Assembly (NCBI GenBank): GCA_002633005.1
Contig: NMRA01000392.1
Span: 252,279 to 316,278 of the forward strand
DNA length: 64,000 bases
Direction: 5' to 3'
Source: Phoronis australis
Lineage: Eukaryota > Animalia > Phoronida
Both the position numbers and the translations under genes were made by a program. Of the stretch, positions 1 to 11,994 are shown one piece after another. The first letter of the stretch is position 1. Each line of letters starts with the position of its first letter. Under the pieces are notes generated by a model that worked only from the letters and a program-made list of their open reading frames with translations, did not search any database and was not told the origin of the DNA.

Positions 1-39
1 AAGAGCCGCCACTGTGAGTCTTCATTAGGCTTCCTAGTG

Positions 40-184
40 ATCATTACAATGTGTGTATCCAAACTTGAAAGGTTCCTATTGATAGTGGCGTCCAAATGAT
101 ACATTGGGCGTCCTTTCTAGGGCGTCCACATTAGTGCTAGGGCGTCCATTTGGACGCCCAGGACGTACCCTGCATGAAGGCCTG
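40..184 (+). mobile_element. 3' end fragment of a hAT-like non-autonomous element (GGGCGTCC-rich family)
   Basis: Ends CTGCATGAAGGCCTG. The same block recurs at 2900-3044, 8350-8492 and inverted at 12713-12830. Confidence 0.7.
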
Positions 185-1104
185 ATTGGGGGTCTAAATT
201 GCACCCTCTCTCGGTGAAATCAAAACGAGGCAACGCTGTAAAAAACGAGACGGTGCCGGACATTGAATGCATTACAACGGAACAACAATTGGTGTCATTT
301 AATTCTCAGATTATGCTTCAAGTAAGATTTTTTGAAATGTCCGATATTTAGGTTCCGTCCGATAATTAGGTACACTATGTGTAGTTGTAAACTAACATTA
401 CGCTGTAGCGATACTGGACGCAAGGCCATGAAGATATCTTAGCGACAACGTCAGTTGAATGTGGGTACAGAATTTTGAAGAGTCAAAGTTGTAAAACAGA
501 AAATTTCACCTTGATTCCATTTACATAACATCGCAAACTTGAAACATTCCAAAGACTTCGCGGACGTAGCCGAAAAGCAACCAACAGCGCAGCCATTTGC
601 AATACTGACGAAAGTGCTTGAAGAAAATTTGTGTCATTATAACCGAAAATAAAATACCCAATTAGTGTCATTTCAAATTATATATAAAAAGAACAACTTT
701 AACGCAAGATTTTTGTAATCTAACTTTTTCTTAAATAATAAATTTTGTCGTGTACCAAGTAAAAGTCGATCACTTCAGACTAACTTATTTTCTAGGTCAA
801 GGTCGAGCCCATGTTGACAAACGTGTTTTGCTGTGTTGTGGTCATTGATTATGATCAGATGATAGGCCACTTTCGTTTAGACTTCTTTCCCCCTTTTTCG
901 CATGATAAAGTCACGTAACTTGTTCAAGGTACGTTTTTAATGATTCTTATATAGTGGTCCATGATCAGGATAATTTTGACAACCAAATATGTCCGGACAA
1001 GGACATCAACACTCAGAGCCATGAAATAGAGCGTCACCTCAGGCCATTTTCGTTTTTCGCCACATTCTTCAACCTCTTGTTCTTGTAAAAGGTTGCGTAC
1101 AGTT

Positions 1105-1395
1105 TACCACCTACGAACCCATGAATCATGCATACAAACCCATGATTCGTGCGTAGGAAATCAAAAATCATGCGCACGGACCACAAAAATCATACGTAAA
1201 CAAAATCACACACACGAGCATCGTCGAATCATCCGCACAAATTATCCACAAATACTTTTATCATTTGGCTAGCCAGGTGATTCCTGCGTATGATTTGGTT
1301 GCTTGTGTGTATGAATTGGATGTTCGTGAGTATGATTTGTGTTCATATATGTTATTTCTGTGGTTTGTGCTCATGGTATTTGTTTGTAGTGTAGT
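1105..1395. repeat. Foldback-like imperfect palindrome built of short AATCAT(A/G)CGCAC-type subrepeats
   Basis: The left arm repeats aatcat..gca/cgaacc. The right arm repeats the reverse complement (tgcgtatgatttg). Confidence 0.55.
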
Positions 1396-2285
1396 GAGAC
1401 GTTATTTGACCTGTCTCACTGCTGCAGTGGCCTTCTGCTGCGCGCGCCCTCTGTCGGCATTGAGAGACGACTGTTGTTCGTCATGGAGACTGTCGACGTC
1501 GGCTGTCCATTCAAAAGACTTACATGTGCAACTAAATTTGATCCGTTCATCATGAACTACTTCAAACCTAGACGATTTATCCCAGGACCTATTTGCATCT
1601 CTTGCAATTTTCGGAATAAACGTTCCAATGTCTGAACACTTGAAACCCCAAATACTAACATCAAATAAATGCCCATGGGCCTGGGAATTTCATCGGGTGG
1701 GCCTTTCTGCGGCAATTCCCCGTATAGAAGACAGCAGTGTTGCTTATTGCAGGTAGAAAGACGGTAGGTGTTGAGGTCAGAACTAGGGCTCCTTAGGAGG
1801 CCTATTGAATATCGCATGAGTCCCGCAAGACTTTTGCTGTGAAAATACAGCCCTCCTGCAATTTATGGTACTGTACACTGTTCGCGAATGCAGTCACTTT
1901 GTCAATGTGAGTGCCCCCTTGGTCATTCTTTGCATAAACATAACTTGTTAGAGTGCATCTTCAAACGGACTCGCAACCAGACCACGGCGCCCGCGACGAT
2001 AGCAATTCTTCGGAAAACCAGATCTTTTCAAAAATATTACATGTACATGTACACTGTACTGATATTGCGCCAGACAACTTACACCAGTCAAATTTGAGTT
2101 ACAAACGTGTGGAGTATAATGGAATGACACGGCATTACAGATGAGGTAAAAACGTTGCACATCAGTTCGCCTGAATATCAGGGTTGCGGCACCGCAGTAT
2201 TTCTCTTGATTAAATCAAAACATATCTTAGAGTAAAGAAGCTATATATAGTTACCTAAAGAAATCAGCTATAAAGCTGCTCTTTC

Positions 2286-2604
2286 AGTGGTTGATCCATC
2301 TAAAATGCTTGGCTACTTCAGAAGTGTCGACGAAAGCGCACGCACAATTGGTCTCCGCGCGTTTTGCCGATGAGCCACAACGAATCGAAATGCGTTGATT
2401 TTCATAACAGCAATTCACAATGCAAAAAATTATATTTTCAGAGTGAAACCCCCCTCAATTTTTTCCAAGTTAGTTTACTTGGAGTTTACACACGCTGGCG
2501 GTGTCGTTTTTGTTTTGCAGGAGACGCTTTTGTTTTGTTTCTATTTTTGAGTCCTGGCCCAAGGGGGGGTTAAACTCCCTGAACCCCCCCGTAGATCCGC
2601 CACT
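2286..2604. mobile_element. CAGTGGCGGATC-type MITE (degenerate)
   Basis: Left CAGTGGTTGATCCA, right TAGATCCGCCACTG with G/C runs inside. No clean TSD. Confidence 0.45.
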
Positions 2605-2767
2605 GTACACTTACAAAGTTGACACAGATCATCGGACACGGAACGAGTTGTTCCAGTGTGCTAACGGACTGACACGGAGCAAACTGACACCACGGTGACA
2701 AATTTTTGCCACCCGTTTGTGAGGTAGAGCTGTGGCAGAGACACTCTGGCAAACAAACATCTGCTTA

Positions 2768-3044
2768 TGATTGACAGGTCTACTAAATACTTGAAAATAG
2801 TTTGAACATTGCAACATTTTACATACATTTTATATTCATTGTATATTTATTTCTGAGTTGAAATGCCCAACTTCTCTCTTTCATTGACTGGAGTGTCCTA
2901 GTAATCTTACAAAGTGGGTGTCCAAAGGAGAAATTCTGATTGACAAGGAGTCCAAATGATACATTGGGCATCTTTGCCAGGGCCTCCAGATTAGTGCTAG
3001 GGCGTCCAAATGGACGCCCAGGACGTACGCTGTATGAAGGCCTG
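2768..3044 (+). mobile_element. 3' part of the hAT-like non-autonomous family
   Basis: Collinear with 5240-5340 plus 8168-8492 and with the reverse complement of 12713-12935. Confidence 0.7.
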
Positions 3045-3220
3045 CGGAGAGGACCTAATGGAGGGTACATTTTTGTCACTTGATAAATTTGGATATTTCA
3101 CCGTCAATACTCATTTCCACCAGTTGGTTCTATATAAGTGCCGGGTGTAGCTAGAATAATTAAACAATTTACATTTGAAGAATAAAAATGATTGTTTTGC
3201 ACTATACACCAAGACGAATG

Positions 3221-3513
3221 CCGGGGGGAGGCACTCACATTGACTAAGTGCTAGCAGACGTGTTCCAAAAATCGCGGGTAAGCAGTATTTTTGCAGTAAT
3301 TTTTGCGGGACCCGCACAGTCCAGTAGTCTCCTAATTTCCATTTTGACCCTGGAAAAGGCCCCCTGCATTGGCCTCAGCTCCGCAAAATGGGGCGAGACA
3401 GAAAAATCTACCTCGCAAAAGGGATGGAAATTAGCAGACCTGGCAGCCGCAGGTAGGTCTTAGCAATTTTTGGTACCTGCGGGCACCTTGTCAATATGAG
3501 TGAACGCCTCGGG
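3221..3513. mobile_element. MITE with CCGGGGGGAGGCACTCACATTGAC-type TIRs
   Basis: Right end GTCAATATGAGTGAACGCCTCGGG. Flanks gacgaatg / tagaatg are a partial TSD. An inverted fragment of the family lies at 1815-1923. Confidence 0.6.
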
Positions 3514-5343
3514 TAGAATGTCAAAAATGTACATAGTTTCCACTAGGTAGCTAGCACTGACTAGCATAACAATCTTGTAGAGTTCCAAGGTTTTCTTGTA
3601 TTTTTATGTGCGTACATATTTGTATGTGGACACAATATGCCATCATCCCTGTCTGTTTGTCGGTTTGTTTGTTCGTTGTCCATTGCTTTATCTCCAAAAA
3701 CCCTTTGATGTATGTTTATGAAATTTTGCACTTGTTTTCCTTTCATGAATGGGATAGTATGATCGAACTTGCGGGCGGATTTGACTACTGGTGTGTCCCC
3801 TAGTGGCAAGTTTAGTTTTTTAAGTTTACCTCTGTACTAGTATTTTCAAAGGTCCTTAACAGATTTTCAAATAGATTTGACATATGTTGCGCCACCAAGT
3901 GGCCATTTTTGCTGTTTTTGAGTCTGTTTTTGGGGTTTCCCCTCTATCAAATAAACCATGATTCCAAGGATGGTTGTGGAAACTGGCATATGTCCTTAGT
4001 ATGAAGAGGACAGCTGCCGACTTCAACTACTGTGGTGCCTTCTAGTGACAGTTTTGTTTTTTTTGCACCCATGGCTGTATCTCCTAAACCCTCTGCAGGA
4101 TCCTTATTAAGTTTAGAAAGTTTATTTATACGAAAGCGACAACGGACGACGACTTTTTGTGACGAATGGGATGAATGCTGTGTCCCCAATTGCAATTTCA
4201 TTTTTTTTCTGTTTTCCTCTGTTGCTCAGAATTTAAGTGATGAATTTTTAATATGAAATTTGATAATTAGCTCTCTGTGAAATAAGCAATGACATGTTCC
4301 CGTTTTCGGATGCATTTGACGTATTTTCCGCCATGTAGCCATCTACTGCTTTCTAGTCTTTTTGGTTTCCGCCCCTCTATCAACCAAACCAATCTAAAGA
4401 TGATTTTGAAAATTGGCGTTTATGTTTTTGCCGGGAAGATTATGGCTGATGTTGGTTTTTGGACAACTTGGACTCAGGGCTTTATCCAGGACTTTGAAAA
4501 TAGGGTGTCCAAAATGGGGTTCCCAATATTCCAGAGTGTCCATGATTCCAACGACGCGTTTCCTCACCCCCTACCACCATTCGACAGTAACCCCCCCTCC
4601 CCACTCACTTTGAGTTTTTTACAAAAATATGCAGAGTTACAATGCTTTTACATCTAAGTTTACAAAAGCAGCTCCATTGTAGTGAGCTTTTTTACTAAAA
4701 AAAATGCGTGGATCAAGACTTTTGTGTTGTAATTGACGAAAACAGTCAAATAGCTTACCAAACAGGTATTACAGATGTTACAGATATTGGTTGAACCATG
4801 AGTGCACTGTTTTTGGTGATGTCGAGTCAAATTGCTATTATAAAGTTTATCATATCATCATAACTAGCTTTATATTTTGTACAATGAGTAATCAAAGCTG
4901 CAGTTACCAACACAAGAAAAATGCACTGATGATGTGTGCTTTATATTTTGGCAACAGATGTCACTGCTACTCCATATCAAAACGCACATAGAAAAGCATA
5001 AAAATGGCTGAAACTCGAGCATTTTAAATGGGCAGATACTTATGGCACAATATAGTATTAAAATAATGACATTATTTCACTTTTGGTGTTTCTAAAAAAG
5101 ATGAAAAACATAAAACTACAGTTCTGAAACATCAGTTTGGAGTTAAGCAAGGTCCGTGCCCCTGTACTAGTCTAAGATTATAAGACAATTGAAAGCAGAA
5201 ACTTCAGGCTATACATTTTGGCCACCAAACAGGTGCTAATGATTGACAGGTCTTCTCAATACTTTAAACCTAGTGTGAACAGAGTAACGTTTTATAGACA
5301 TTGTATATTTCTTTCAGAGTTGAAAGAGCCAACACTTCTCTTT

Positions 5344-8161
5344 TGAACTCATGCGGTGAATAATGCGCTTACCGGAAAGTCACGCATTTCTTTACAAATG
5401 CGTAACTTTTTACCGCTCATCCTTCAGAGTGGCTTTTACCGGGATCAAAGAGAGCGCGGCGCCAGAGTCGGACTTGGTTGCGATGACTGCATTGTCCAGT
5501 GCGAGCAAGACCCAATTAAGTGTAATTACCCGATTATAACCTGTAGTAAACACCACTGCCTGTACGTACTGGCTCATTTTCAAAATGTGTTAACCAACAG
5601 TTTTCGTTACAAACAAATACCACAGCTGTATTTAGATGAAAAAAACAGCCAAATTTGGTTTTTGATTTTTAAAAATCGAACTATTAAGCTAAAAACTACA
5701 AACACAGGGTACAATTAAAGATAAACGACTGTGCATATTGATATACTCGGTGATTTACAAACGCTTATCAGAGTTAACAATATCACGTGGATTATTCTTT
5801 CAATATGCAACTAAGCTACGTACATTGAGACATCTATGAACAACACACAGTGACTAAATTAGATGTCAATAATTTTTAAAACATCGCTTATGGCCCAGTG
5901 CATTCCAATCTACTTTACTCCAGGGGTAGTACACTAACCGGAAAAATGCTATTTGCGGAAATGCGTCAATTTCGATAGTTAGCTTGAACACCTGTGAAGA
6001 CAACTAAGATGGCTTAGCTTTGTAATCAACGAGAGAGTGCAAGCAGCGGACGAGGTTGGTCAGTGAGCAAGAGCTGTGATTTCATTTTTTATGACTGAGG
6101 AAAAGCTAGAATAGTTATGTAGTTACTGCAACCGGAATCGTCTAGAGGTTCCAAATCTTCAGTTTGGCTATCACCATATTTGCACATTTGTATATATTTT
6201 ATGATTTTAGATCTAATAAAAATGAAAATTGAACTAATGGCATGTGTAGCTTTGTTTGCTGTGACATGTTTGGGGTACCTGTAATCTGGAAAAATTAGGG
6301 ATGGGTTCACAATTAACTGACTTCTAAGTTGTTTTGCTGCTTCGGTTAAACACAAAATAAAAAGATAGCAACCCTAACTAGTAAGAAAAAAAAACAAGTA
6401 GACAGTAGTATTAAAGTAATGAAAACACGTGTGAAACACATTTAAAACCAACGTTCCTTTGGCAAGTTGCCCTTTGTCAAGATCAATGCAAATCAACTTT
6501 TTAGTCTTTCCATAAAATTTAAAATGTACCAATTGAACTTAAAACTTCTCCCCATATTGCATGCTTTAGCTCTGTGCAAACGCCAGAGAAAAACAATTTG
6601 AGGGTATGACCACCATTATCAAGAAAGTAGTGCTAGCATTACCTTTCCACTTCATTTGCTCAGATCTACATCAATACAAAGGATGTGATGAACACGGGTG
6701 AGAAACAACATGACCGCTGGTCCTATAAATCGGACCGACTCACCCAAAACAGGACTGACGCACCTAAAAACATGACCGCCTCACCACAAAACAGGACTGA
6801 CGCACCTAAAAACATGACCGCCCCACCACAAAACAGGACCGCCGGGGACTGAATAGTTAAGGCCTTTGTGTGATACTGCGGGTTATGACGTACCCGGTCA
6901 GATAGCTGTGTAAAGACTATCGCCAAAATAAAGCTTGATTAGCATTATTGAGCTCCGTTACATCCCCGAAATTTCCCACAGCCTGGGTATTTCTGCTAGT
7001 CACCTCATCGTGAAACTTACTTCAACATGCAGTAGAGCGCGCATGCAAAATCTAGGCGTCAACCATCACTCACCTTAAAGGTTGCAACCGCTTGAGTGAA
7101 AAACAATCTATGAACTATTGTAACAATAAGTCTGTCCCGCTCGTGACGTGCATGCGCCATTTCCTCAGAAAAATTTTGCGACATCTTTCGGAAGATGATG
7201 ACAACTTCGCGGCAAAAAGATTTGTTCTGAAATTCGGTTTGCTGGTATTAAAATACTAAAAACTTATAACGAAATGAAACCAGTTTCGATAATTTGTTGT
7301 GCCAGGTACGCAACCTTGTAGAAGAACAGTTGACTGAAGAATTGGGGGGAAAAGGAACCGGCCAATGTAAGACAACTCAAGAGAACGCAGAATAACGACA
7401 GAACGACAATTTTTCTCAAGCGCTGATGAAATAATTTAGTTTACTCAAGGAAGAGTGTCGTTAATAACACAAATTCGCCGGGTGAAGATTTTACATGTTC
7501 GGTTTTTTACCCACATCAGCGCAAAGCTGTATATTTAGTATACAGCTTTGCCGCACAAAGGCAGCTAGTATGGTAATGCTTCACCCGAGAACCAGAACGC
7601 CCGTTTTTTTACTTGACTAACTTTAAACGTCAAATTGAAGAAAATGATTTTCATTTTGTTCTAAAACTTACGCAGTGGATTATTTAGCTCAAAAGTGTAC
7701 AACATGGTTGTTTTGTTAGATTTATTAAATGTTGACCTTTCAACTGTTTATAAGTCAGATACCGCAGCCGGGAGCCTGGTGATGAGTAAAACTCAAAAGC
7801 GCCTCATATTACAAAGCGAAGTGTCCTCTGTTGCGCACAAAAGATTTCGGTGGATTAAGACCTGCATATGCATACGTATATAGCCCCATTGTATGATCTG
7901 TGTAGGCCTAACGGTAATAAATCTTAGCCTGTTAGTCATTGCGGTTTTAGTCCCCGGCAGTCCTGTTTTGTGGTGGGGCGGTCATGTTTTTAGGTGCCTC
8001 AGTCCCATTTTCTGGTGCGGCGGTCCCATTTGATCCCCGGAGGTCCTGTTTAGTGGACCGGCGGTCATGTTGTTTCTCACCCGTGATGAATAGAGGTGGT
8101 AAAAGTTGTCTGGGGGTATTAGAGCTGTAACCAGTGTAAGCTAGAAATTCTCCACATGTAT
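5344..8161. mobile_element. Non-autonomous TIR element (superfamily uncertain, possibly Mutator-like)
   Basis: Flanked by cacttctcttt / cacttgtcttt. Imperfect TIR catgcggtgaat..gcttac versus the reverse complement catgtggagaat..gcttac. Related pieces at 22311-22510 and 35800-37380. Confidence 0.55.
6693..8085. mobile_element. Transib-like non-autonomous DNA transposon
   Basis: Near-perfect TIR CACGGGTGAGAAACAACATGACCGC, exact 5-bp TSD ATGAA (6688-6692, 8086-8090), and subterminal ~43-bp repeats. The homologous empty site at ~22385-22400 has a single copy of the target. Confidence 0.8.
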
Positions 8162-8198
8162 CACTTGTCTTTCATTAACTGGGAGTCTTAGTATTCTT

Positions 8199-8347
8199 CA
8201 TGGTCGGCTCACCATGGGGAGCTGGGGGGGGGGCTATAGCCCCACTTTCTTTAGTGTTACGCCACCCATGGCCTATTAATGGGCGGTGCGCCACAGGGGG
8301 GCTGGGGTGTTATAGCCCCCACTTTTTTCAGTTCTGTGCCACCTATG
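8199..8347 (+). mobile_element. Dimeric CATGGGCGG..CCACCCATG mini-MITE
   Basis: Two ~70-bp units. Flanks ttctt / atctt. Other copies at 18766-18910 and 34345-34414. Confidence 0.65.
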
Positions 8348-10069
8348 ATCTTACAATGTGGGTGTCCAAACTGAAAAAATTCTGATTGACAGTGGTCAGT
8401 GGGCGTCCAAATGATCAATTGGGGGTCCTAATACCAGGGCATCCAAATTAGTTCTAAGGCGTTCATTTGGACGTATGCTGCATGAAGGCCTGCTCGTACT
8501 ACTGTGGTGCCTTTAAATGGCACTTTTTGCATCTATGGCTATATCAATTCCCAAACCCTCTGCAGTTAAATTTGAGATTTTCCGAGGGCCCTTGTCCATA
8601 TAAGTGAGTTTTGTGCCATATCTTCGGTTTTTCATTGAGGGATCGGTCTGACATTTGGTTTGTGGATAGATTTTTTCAAGTACTATCAGCATGTGAAAAT
8701 AGTTACTTGCTACGACTTTCCGTTCTTGCAGTATTCAAGACTTACTGCTCAGATGTCTGATCTTTTGTTGACTCATTAGTTATAGAGCGCACTTTGTTAA
8801 GCCTTATCATATTTGTGCTAGAGATCGCAGGTTTAGTCTGGTTGACTTGAAACTTACATTCAGTGTTTACCTAGTCAATAGCCGGAGGACTGTTCTTCTT
8901 GGCAAAATTGGACGTAAGGTGCCACTGTGACAGCCATTTTTAAAATTACGTTTGCCGAGCTTTAGCTCTGCGATCCTTTGACTGAACCTTTTCAAATTTT
9001 GTACTTAAATGGATCTCTTTATGGGCTATCTAACATGTTTGTGTAAAAAGCACAAGGGTTGTAATTATTTGTGTTCTTCGTTTCGTCATCGATATCACCT
9101 TTAAACTTCTAATTTCTTTCACCATCTAGTCTTTTTTTTGTCGTTTGCTTCTGTATCTGCCAAACCACGCAAAGGATCATTATGAAAATTGGCAGATGTG
9201 TTCCTCCTGACAAGGGCATGACTGATGGATCCTACTAGTTTGGTGCGCCCAGTGACATTTTTTCACATCTACGGCTGTAAATTGTGACTGGCATCCGTGC
9301 TTCGTCTAAATGATAGATGGCAGAGAGTCTATATAATCCTCAAATCTAATGTCAACTGACTCACTGGACAAAGGTCATTGGGTTTAGTTTTGATTCTGAT
9401 CGTGTAATACATGAGAAAACAACTTGTTTACATTTGAAAGAACTTAGACTTGATTTTTATAACAATTTAAAGCAGATTTCTTGTTCAAAATTTTGTTCAA
9501 TTTGTGTGTAAACTCTGCTCATCATTTCCCAAATCGACAGTTGTGCAAGACAATTTTCTCTAAATGTAAATTTGAGGCAAGATATTTTTGGTCAGTCATC
9601 AAGATTTACTCTTTAGCTGTATGTTCAAAAAGTTACATAAAGCTACAAGGTGCAATATGACAATAAGAGAGTCACATAAACTACCATTAAAATTAGTTAG
9701 GAAAGGTGGTCTGTGGATTATCTCCCCTGTCTAGCACAAAGCTGTCCAAGTGAAGTCCAATAATTATTTACAGTTTACATTGGTTATTCCAGTCTCCAAA
9801 GTACAACTTTCTGTCTGTTTTGTAAGTTACTTATTTTCGTTGCTCAAAACACAATTTTGGAGATGGCTATGACCATTTGCGGTCTTAAGTGCTCCAGCGG
9901 CGAAATTAGGGGTCATTGAGTGCACAAAATGTGGCATTTAGATTTTTGTGAGGATATCTATCCATGTACAAAAATGAAGTTGTTTTGCATTTTGATGTAT
10001 AGACTGATTTTTGAAAATCTACTGGTTTTTATATGAATTGCCTCTTAATTTGTGTGACAGTATAGTAAG

Positions 10070-10195
10070 CTCTGACCTGCTTACTACCACACTGTTGTGT
10101 ACCAACACAATAAGCTTGTTAAGTTTAATCGAACGGTTTACTAGATCAGATCGTGATGGAAATTTCTTGGTTTTAACAGTCCAGGGGAATGATAG
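10070..10195 (+). repeat. Unclassified interspersed repeat
   Basis: Similar to 53135-53260 (ttgtgtaccaaca..aagtttaatc..ctagat.agat.gtgat..tttcttg). Confidence 0.55.
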
Positions 10196-10810
10196 TCGTA
10201 TAATGGAGTCAGCAGATTGAAACTGCAAAATGACAAATTACTGCTGAAATTAATGATTTTGGGTGATGATTTATAATTTTTGGCAACTTGCTGTGCTCGT
10301 GAGCACAAAGTCACGACCGTCGCTGTGAAGCGACTCGGACTCGGCACATACGTTCTCAATGGTTGTATGCATGCAGACGCACAACACCGTCTTGTTTTCC
10401 GTGGCACCTTTCTATGATATTGTGGACTCAGTGTTATGGCAACTCACTGAATGAAAGGATTGAGTATATATGGAACTGCTCTATGTTTGGTGGGAGATTT
10501 GATATGAGTGACAGCTCTGTAAGATTTGAACTTGGATAAGTAATTATTTTTCCCCGCGATTGAGATGACAAAATCGTTTTTTCTAGCGTAAACAGGCAAG
10601 ATGTCGATTTTAAACTTAACTAGTATAATTGTGACATTGGTATTCAGTATTACAAAAAAATTTAACACCAAATTTGTGAGACACTGATTGATAGCATGGA
10701 ACTCCTGCTGTTAGAAGGCTCATTATGAATCGCAATTATGCAAATTATGTTTGGAGTGCCCAGTTTGCGGCTAATTCTTCAAATGTGAAAATCTGGTGTT
10801 CTGGCCCTAA

Positions 10811-11044
10811 ATAGAATGGCCCACACGCAACCCAGACTTAAACCTTATCAATCACCTGTGGGACCAACTCGGAGGGGCTGACTGTGCAAGAGACCAACAC
10901 AACCACTGTTTCTGATTTAAGGCGCTTATATTTACTGACTCAGGAGTGGAATGCCATCGCACAGCAATGTGTTGCCAGGCTAGCAAACAGTATGCAAGGT
11001 GTGTCGATATAGTGACTGCGAATGGTTCGTCAACCTGATACTGA
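10811..11044 (+). pseudogene. Tc1-family transposase C-terminal relic
   Basis: Reads IEWPTRNPDLNLINHLWDQLG..TTVSDLRR..QEWNAIAQQCVARLANSM..RCVDIVTANGSST*Y* with frameshifts. Matches the Tc1 WPxxSPDLNPIEHLW motif. Confidence 0.85.
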
Positions 11045-11994
11045 GAAGACTATCACTGTTGTCTATTAATCAGATTGTCACCACTGCGTATCATGTGTTG
11101 CCAAATTAACATAAATGTTTATTACAATGGAACCATCACTGTAATTGCTACTAAAAAATGAACGCTCAAACTTGAATACACATTTAGCTCCAACTGAATT
11201 TGCAACATTCACTTCAAGACCTAGCCCTCTTTAGCAGCAAAGCTACTAAACACAATAAACCAGGTATTGGGAAAGGGAATGACTGGGCTTTTTATTGGTA
11301 TGCAATATGATTTAACTAAACCAAAAATAATTAATAGAAACATGGGCAAGTGAACACAAATTTCCAAACTTGTTGAGATGTTTAGAGTAGAACATGCCAA
11401 AAATGATTTGGAGTTACCCCCAGTGCCCTTCAGTTGAGAATGTGATTCCTTCCTGCTGAACAAGTGTACGCTGCTGTGCCTTTGTGTAGCTATGTCAACA
11501 AGTGAAATCACAAACACCAGCATTTCTCAAGAATTAATTTCCTCTCATTTAATATATAACCATAAGTATAAATTAAAATCTTTATTGAGATGCTGGTTCT
11601 GGTGACATCAAGTTGTCTGTTTTCAATAATGGATGATCCCCTATAGGAAAACGATGTTTGTTTTAGAGGAGATTCTGAGGCTATGAAATGAATTCTGATG
11701 TAAGTGTGGAAACATAATACCTTCACATAATTATTATATGTGTGGGTGAGCTCTATGTAAGGATTTCTCATGAACCCTTTGGTATTTTTTCTGATACAGA
11801 TTAAGTAAAATTGTTAACATTTGGTTTTGCCACAAAACCACTGTCAAATGTTTTGAAAATCAAGGCCTATGTGTTTAGTTGTTCACTCAAAAGCCACATA
11901 AAGGAGCCCTCAGTTATTAAGAATTTTTGTTACAACCTCTCTCATTGTAGTCACTCAGTGGTGGCTTGTATGAAATGATATAGCAAATGATTAC

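Larger units (their letters stand above)
4475..8492 (+). mobile_element. hAT-like non-autonomous element, interrupted by nested inserts
   Basis: Ends CAGGGCTTTATCCAG and CTGCATGAAGGCCTG. Flanks cttggact / ctcgtact (8 bp, 2 mismatches). Minus its inserts it matches the reverse complement of 12713-13696. Confidence 0.75.
3606..9270 (+). mobile_element. Helentron-associated element (HINE/DINE-like), 5' part, split by a nested insertion at 4475-8492
   Basis: T-rich site, 5' hairpin (tgcgtacata-ttt-gtatgtggacaca), GTCT/GTTT microsatellite, then diverged tandem units with CCCCTAGTGGC. Units resume at 8493. Right boundary is approximate. Confidence 0.7.

Noticed and set aside
6693-8085. RAG-type RSS ends
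   Set aside because: The heptamer is CACGGGT. No 12/23-like asymmetric nonamer spacing or RAG coding relic is visible.
11221-11630. Coding-like plus-strand frame with two stops (LLNTINQVLGKGMTGLF..)
   Set aside because: No family motif recognised, and I cannot distinguish it from chance without a search.
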